Positions 55,701-64,000 of a stretch of 64,000 nt of DNA are shown piece after piece; position 1 is the stretch's first letter; each line of letters begins with the position of its first letter. Source of the DNA: Eledone cirrhosa (Eukaryota). A program made the position numbers and the translations under genes. The stretch spans positions 73,904,001-73,968,000 of the forward strand of contig OZ024742.1 in NCBI GenBank assembly GCA_964016885.1. Direction: 5' to 3'. A model generated the notes under the pieces. That model was not told where the DNA came from. It did not search any database and saw only the letters and a list, made by a program, of their open reading frames with translations.

Positions 55701-58700
55701 AACAGTACCTCTCTTATCCCAGACATCACAACTAACAACTATACAACAGTACCTCTGTTATTCCAGACATCACAACTAACAACTATACAGCACTACCTCT
55801 CTTATTCCAGACATCACAACTAACAGATATATAACACTACCTCTCTTATCCCAGACATCACAACTAACAGCTATACAACACTACCTCCCTTCTCTTATTC
55901 CAGACATCACAACTAACAACTATACAACAGTACCTCTCTTATCCCAGACATCACAACCAACAACTATACAAAAGTATCTCTCTTATCGCAGACATCATAA
56001 CTAACAACTACACAACAGTACCTCTCTTATTCCAGACATCACAACTAACAGCTATACAACAGTACCTCCCCTCTCTTATCCCAGACATCATAACTAACAA
56101 CTATACAACAGTACATCTCTTATCCCAGACATCACAACTAACAACTATACAACAGTACCGCTTTTATTCCAGACATCACAACTAACAACTATACAACAGT
56201 ACCTGTCTTATTCCAGACATCACAACTAACAGCTATACAACACTACCTTCCATCTCTTATCCCAGACATCACAACTAACAACTATACAACACTACCTCTC
56301 TTATTCCAGACATCACAACTAACAGCTATACAACACTACCTCTCTTATTCCAGACATCACAATAACAGCTATACAACAGTACCTCTCATATTCCAGACAT
56401 CACAACTAACAGCTATACAACACTACCTCCCCTCTCTTATCCCAGACATCACAATTAACAGCTATACAACAGTACCTCTCTTATTCCAGACATCACAACT
56501 AACAGCTATACAACAGTACCTCTCTTATTCCAGACATCACAACTAACAGCTATACAACACTACCTCTCTTATTCCAGACATCACAACTAACAACTATAAA
56601 ACAGTACCTCTCTTATTCCAGACATCACAACTAACATCTATACAACAGTACTTCTCTTATTCCAGACATCACAACTAACAGCTATACAACAGTACCCCTC
56701 TTATTCCAGACATCACAACTAACTACTATACAACAGTACCTCTCTTATCCCAGACATCACAGCTAACAACTATACAACAGTACCTCTCTTATTCCAGACA
56801 TCACAACTAACAGCTATACAACACTACCTCTCTTATTCCAGACATCACAACTACCAACTATAAAACAGTACCTCTCTTATTCCAGACATCACAACTAACA
56901 ACTATACAACAGTACCTCTCTTATTCCAGACATCACAACTAACAGCTATACAACACTACCTCCCCTCTCTTATCCCAGACATCACAACTAACAGCTATAC
57001 AACACTACCTCTCTTATTCCAGACATCACAACTAACAACTATACAACAGTACCTCTCTTATTCCAGACATCACAACTAACAGCTATACAACAGCACCTCT
57101 CTTATTCCAGACAACACAATTAACAGCTATACAACAGTACCTCGCCTCTCTTATTCCAGACATCACAACTAACAGCTATACAACAGTACCTCTCTTATTC
57201 CAGACATCACAACTAACAGCTATACAACAGTACCTCTCTTATTCCAGACATCACAACTAACAACTATACAACACTACCACCCCTCTCTTATTCCAGACAT
57301 CACAACTAACAACTATACAACAGTACCTCTCTTATTCCAGACATCACAACTAACAGCTATACAACACTATCTCTCTTATCCCAGACATCAAAACTAACAG
57401 TTATACAACACTACCTCGCTTCTCTTATCCCAGACATCACAACTAACAACTATACAACAGTACCTCTCTTATTCCAGACATCACAACTAACAACTATATA
57501 ACAGTACCTCTCTTATCCCAGAAATCACAACTAACAACTATACAACAGTACCTCTCTTATCCCAGACATCACAACTAACAGCTATACAAAAGTACCTCTC
57601 TTATCCCAGACATCACAACTAACAGCAATACAACACTACCTCCCTTATCTTATCCCAGACATCACAACTAACAACTATACAACAGTACCTCTCTTATACC
57701 AGACATCACAACTAACAGCTATACAACACTACCTCTCTTATACCAGACATCAAACTAACAACTATACAACAGTACCTCTCTTATTCCAGACATCACAACT
57801 AAGGGCTATAAAACAGTACCGCTTTTATTCCAGACATCACAACTAACAACTATACAACAGTACCTCTCTTATTCCAGACATCACAACTAACAGCTATACA
57901 ACAGTAACTCCCTCTCTTATCCCAGACATCATAACAAACAACTATACAACAGTACCCCTCTTATTCCAGACATCACAACTAACAGCTATACAACACTACC
58001 TTCCCTCTCTTATCCCAGACATCACAACTAACAACTATACAACACTACCTCTCTTATTCCAGACATCACAACTAACAGCTATACAACAATCCCTCTATTA
58101 TTCCAGACATCACAATAACAGCTATACAACAGTACCTCCCTTATCCCAGACATCACAACTAACAGCTATACAACACTACCTCCCCTCCCTTATCCCAGAC
58201 ATCACAACTAACAACTATACAACAGTACCTCTCTTATCCCAGACATCACAATTAACAGCTATACAACAGTACCTCTCTTATTCCAGACATCACAACTAAC
58301 AGCTATACAACAGTACCTCTCTTATTCCAGACATCACTACTAACAGCTATACAATACTACCTCTCTTATTCCAGACATCACAACTAACAGCTATAAAACA
58401 GTACCTCTCTTATTCCAGACATCACAACTAACAACTATACAACAGTACTTCTCTTATTCCAGACATCACAAATAACAGCTATACAACAGTACCTCCCCTC
58501 TCTTATCCCAGACATCATAACTAACAACTATACAACAGTACCCCTCTTATTCCAGACATCACAACTAACAACAGTACCTCTCTTATCCCAGACATCACAA
58601 CTAACAACTATACAACAGTACGTCTCTTATTCCAGACATCACAACTAACAACTATACAACAGTACCTCTCTTATTCCAGACATCACAACTAACAACTATA

Positions 58701-61700
58701 CAACACTACCTCTCTTATTCCAGACATCACAACTAACAGCTATACAACACTATCTCTCTTATCCCAGACATCAAAACTAACAGTTATACAACACTACCTC
58801 CCTTCTCTTATCCCAGACATCACAACTAACAACTATACAACAGTAACTCTCTTATTCCAGACATCACAACTAACAACTATATAACAGTACCTCTCTTATC
58901 CCAGAAATCACAACTAACAACTATACAACAGTACCTCTCTTATCCCAGACATCACAACTAACAGCTATACAAAAGTACCTCTCTTATCCCAGACATCACA
59001 ACTAACAGCAATACAACACTACCTCCCTTATCTTATCCCAGACATCACAATTAACAGCTATACGACAGTACCTCCCCTCTCTTATTCCAGACATCACAAC
59101 TAACGGCTATACAACAGTACCTCTCTTCTTCCAGACATCACAACTAACAGCTATACAACAGTACCTCTCTTATTCCAGACATCACAACTAACAGCTATAC
59201 AACACTACCACTCTTATTCCAGACATCACAACTAACAGCTATTCAACAGTACTCTCTTATTCCAGACATCACGACTAACAGCTATACAACAGTACCTCTC
59301 TTATTCCAGACATCACAACTAACAACTATACAACAGTACCTCTCTTATTCCAGACGTCACAACTAACAGCTATACAACAGTACCTCTCTTATTCCAGACA
59401 TCACAACTAACAACTATACAACAGTAGCTCTCTTATTCCAGACATCACAACTAACAGCTATACAACAGTACTCTCTAATTCCAGACATCACAACTAACAG
59501 CTATACAACAGTACCTCTCTTATTCCAGACATCACAACTAACAGCTATACAACACTACCTCTCTTATTCCAGACATCACAACTAACAGCTATACAACAGT
59601 ACCTCTCTTATTCCAGACATCACAACTAACAACTATACAACAGTACCTCTCTTATTCCAGACATCACAACTAACAACTATACAACAGTACCTCTCTTATC
59701 CCAGACATCACAACTAACAGCTATACAACACTAGCTCCCCTCGCTTATCCCAGACATCACAACTAACAACTATACAACAGTACCCCTCTTATTCCAGACA
59801 TCACAACTAAAAACTATACAACGGTACCTCTCTTATTCCAGACATCACAACTGACCACTATACGACAGTACCTCTCTTGTCCCAGACATCACAACTAACA
59901 ACTATACAACAGTACCTCTCTTATCCCAGACATCACAACTAACAGCTATACAAAAGTACCTCTCTTATCCCAGACATCACAACTAACAGCAATACAACAC
60001 TACCTCCCTTATCTTATCCCAGACATCACAACTAACAACTATACAACAGTACCTCTCTTATACCAGACATCACAACTAACAGCTATACAACACTACCTCT
60101 CTTATACCAGACATCAAACTAACAACTATACAACAGTACCTCTCTTATTCCAGACATCACAACTAAGGGCTATAAAACAGTACCGCTTTTATTCCAGACA
60201 TCACAACTAACAACTATACAACAGTACCTCTCTTATTCCAGACATCACAACTAACAGCTATACAACAGTAACTCCCCTCTCTTATCCCAGACATCATAAC
60301 TAACAACTATACAACAGTACCCCTCTTATTCCAGACATCACAACTAACAACAGTACCTCTCTTATCCCAGACATCACAACTAACAACTATACAACAGTAC
60401 GTCTCTTATTCCAGACATCACAACTAACAACTATACAACAGTACCTCTCTTATTCCAGACATCACAACTAACAACTATACAACACTACCTCTCTTATTCC
60501 AGACATCACAACTAACAGCTATACAACACTATCTCTCTTATCCCAGACATCAAAACTAACAGTTATACAACACTACCTCCCTTCTCTTATCCCAGACATC
60601 ACAACTAACAACTATACAACAGTACCTCTCTTATTCCAGACATCACAACTAACAACTATATAACAGTACCTCTCTTATCCCAGAAATCACAACTAACAAC
60701 TATACAACAGTACCTCTCTTATCCCAGACATCACAACTAACAGCTATACAAAAGTACCTCTCTTATCCCAGACATCACAACTAACAGCAATACAACACTA
60801 CCTCCCTTATCTTATCCCAGACATCACAATTAACAGCTATACGACAGTACCTCCCCTCTCTTATTCCAGACATCACAACTAACGGCTATACAACAGTACC
60901 TCTCTTCTTCCAGACATCACAACTAACAGCTATACAACAGTACCTCTCTTATTCCAGACATCACAACTAACAGCTATACAACACTACCACTCTTATTCCA
61001 GACATCACAACTAACAGCTATTCAACAGTACTCTCTTATTCCAGACATCACGACTAACAGCTATACAACAGTACCTCTCTTATTCCAGACATCACAACTA
61101 ACAACTATACAACAGTACCCCTCTTATTCCAGACATCACAACTAACAGCTATACAACACTACCTTCCCTCTCTTATCCCAGACATCACAACTAACAACTA
61201 TACAACACTACCTCTCTTATTCCAGACATCACAACTAACAGCTATACAACACTCCCTCTCTTATTCCAGACATCACAATAACAGCTATACAACAGTACCT
61301 CCCTTATCCCAGACATCACAACTAACAGCTATACAACAGTACCTCCCTTATCCCAGACATCACAACTAACAGCTATACAACACTACCTCCCCTCCCTTAT
61401 CCCAGACATCACAACTAACAACTATACAACAGTACCTCTCTTATCCCAGACATCACAATTAACAGCTATACAACAGTACCTCTCTTATTCCAGACATCAC
61501 AACTAACAGCTATACAACAGTACCTCTCTTATTCCAGACATCACTACTAACAGCTATACAATACTACCTCTCTTATTCCAGACATCACAACTAACAACTA
61601 TACAACAGTACTTCTCTTATTCCAGACATCACAAATAACAGCTATACAACAGTACCTCCCCTCTCTTATCCCAGACATCATAACTAACAACTATACAACA

Positions 61701-64000
61701 GTACCCCTCTTATTCCAGACATCACAACTAACAACAGTACCTCTCTTATCCCAGACATCACAACTAACAACTATACAACAGTACGTCTCTTATTCCAGAC
61801 ATCACAACTAACAGCTATACAACACTACCTCTCTTATCCCAGACATCACAACTAACAGCTATACAACACTACCTCTCTTATTCCAGACATCACAACTAAC
61901 AACTATACAACAGTACCTCTCTTATTCCAGACATCACAACTAACACCTATACAACAGCACCTCTCTTATTCCAGACATCACAATTAACAGCTATACAACA
62001 GTACCTCTCTTATTCCAGACATCACAATTAACAGCTATAGAACAGTACCTCCCCTCTCTTATCCCAGACATCATAACTAACAACTATAAAACAGTACCTC
62101 TCTTATTCCAGACATCACAACTAACAACTATACAGCAGTACCTCTCTCATTCCAGACATCACAACTAACAGCTACACAACACTACCTCCCCTCTCTTATC
62201 CCAGACATCACAATTAACAGCTATACAACACTACCTCTCTTATTCCAGACATCACAACTAACAGCTATACAACAGTACCTCTCTTATTCCAGACATCACA
62301 ACTAACAGCTATACAACAGTACCTCTCTTATTCCAGACATCACAACTAACAGCTATACAATAGTACCTCACTTATTCCAGACATCACAACTAACAGCTAT
62401 AGAACACTATCTCCCCTCTCTTATCCCAGACATCACAACTAACAGTTATACAACAGTACCTCTGTTATTCCAGACATCACAACTAACAAATATGCAACAG
62501 TAGCACTTTTATTCCAGACATCACAACTAACAGCTATACAACACTACCTCCCCTCTCTTATCCCAGACATCACAATTAACAGCTATACGACAGTACCTCC
62601 CCTCTCTTATTCCAGACATCACAACTAACGGCTATACAACAGTACCTCTCTTCTTCCAGACATCACAACTAACAGCTATACAACAGTACCTCTCTTATTC
62701 CAGACATCACAACTAACAGCTATACAACACTACCACTCTTATTCCAGACATCACAACTAACAGCTATTCAACAGTACTCTCTTATTCCAGACATCACGAC
62801 TAACAGCTATACAACAGTACCTCTCTTATTCCAGACATCACAACTAACAACTATACAACAGTACCTCTCTTATTCCAGACGTCACAACTAACAGCTATAC
62901 AACAGTACCTCTCTTATTCCAGACATCACAACTAACAACTATACAACAGTAGCTCTCTTATTCCAGACATCACAACTAACAGCTATACAACAGTACTCTC
63001 TAATTCCAGACATCACAACTAACAGCTATACAACAGTACCTCTCTTATTCCAGACATCACAACTAACAGCTATACAACACTACCTCTCTTATTCCAGACA
63101 TCACAACTAACAGCTATACAACAGTACCTCTCTTATTCCAGACATCACAACTAACAACTATACAACAGTACCTCTCTTATTCCAGACATCACAACTAACA
63201 ACTATACAACAGTACCTCTCTTATCCCAGACATCACAACTAACAGCTATACAACACTAGCTCCCCTCGCTTATCCCAGACATCACAACTAACAACTATAC
63301 AACAGTACCCCTCTTATTCCAGACATCACAACTAAAAACTATACAACGGTACCTCTCTTATTCCAGACATCACAACTGACCACTATACGACAGTACCTCT
63401 CTTGTCCCAGACATCACAACTAACAGCTATACAACACTACCTCCCTTATCCTAGACATCACAACTAACAACTATACAACAGTACCCCTCTTATTCCAGAC
63501 ATCACAACTAACAACTATACAACAGTACCTCTCTTATTCCAGACATCACAACTAACAACTATACAAGAGTACCTCTCTTATCCCAGGCATCACAACTAAC
63601 AGCTATACAACAGTACCTCTCTTATCCCAGACTACACAACTAACAACTATACAACACTACCACCCCTCTCTTATTCCAGACATCACAACTAACAACTATA
63701 CAACAGTACCTCTCTAATTCCAGACATCACAACTAACAGCTATACAACACTACCTCCTTTATCTTATCCCAGACATCACAACTAACAACTATACAACACT
63801 ACCACCCCCTCTTATTCCAAACATCACAATTAACAGCTATACAACACTACCTCTCTTATTCCAGACATCACAACTAACAGCTATACAACAGTACCTCTCT
63901 TATTCCAGACATCACAACTAACAGCTATACAACAGTACCTCTCTTATTCCAGACATCACAACTAACAGCTATACAATAGTACCTCACTTATTCCAGACAT
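52790..64000. repeat. 44-bp tandem satellite (ACAACAGTACCTCTCTTATTCCAGACATCACAACTAACAACTAT) with 49-bp variants; runs off the window end
   Basis: About 250 units (11.2 kb / ~45 bp). Strongly A/C-rich plus strand, diverged left edge. Confidence 0.97.

Noticed and set aside
52790-64000. CRISPR array
   Set aside because: The units are contiguous near-identical repeats with no unique spacers; there are no cas genes and the context is eukaryotic.

Overview
Non-genic, repeat-dominated eukaryotic DNA. It is AT-rich with dense (TA)n, (CA)n, (GA)n and (GATA)n microsatellites. The SINE, Dong/R4 and Penelope content suggests an octopus-like cephalopod (inference). No intact host gene is visible, and most listed ORFs are microsatellite artefacts. 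Positions 1-52.8 kb hold decayed mobile elements: three Penelope-like (PLE) RT/GIY-YIG remnants, two Dong/R4 elements, a near full-length Tx1/L1-clade element in a (GATA)n tract, CR1/Jockey-like and RTE fragments, a Tigger/pogo remnant and many tRNA-type SINEs. Positions 52.8-64 kb are a 44-bp satellite with higher-order structure. The main hidden signal is about 25 type I hammerhead ribozyme motifs (intact, mutated or partial), found by eye in many unrelated sequence families. Most lie in short non-coding units (about 315-700 bp) arranged as partial tandems and head-to-head palindromes ending in (TA)n, consistent with a PLE-pLTR/retrozyme-like system. Motif coordinates were hand-counted; element boundaries are approximate.
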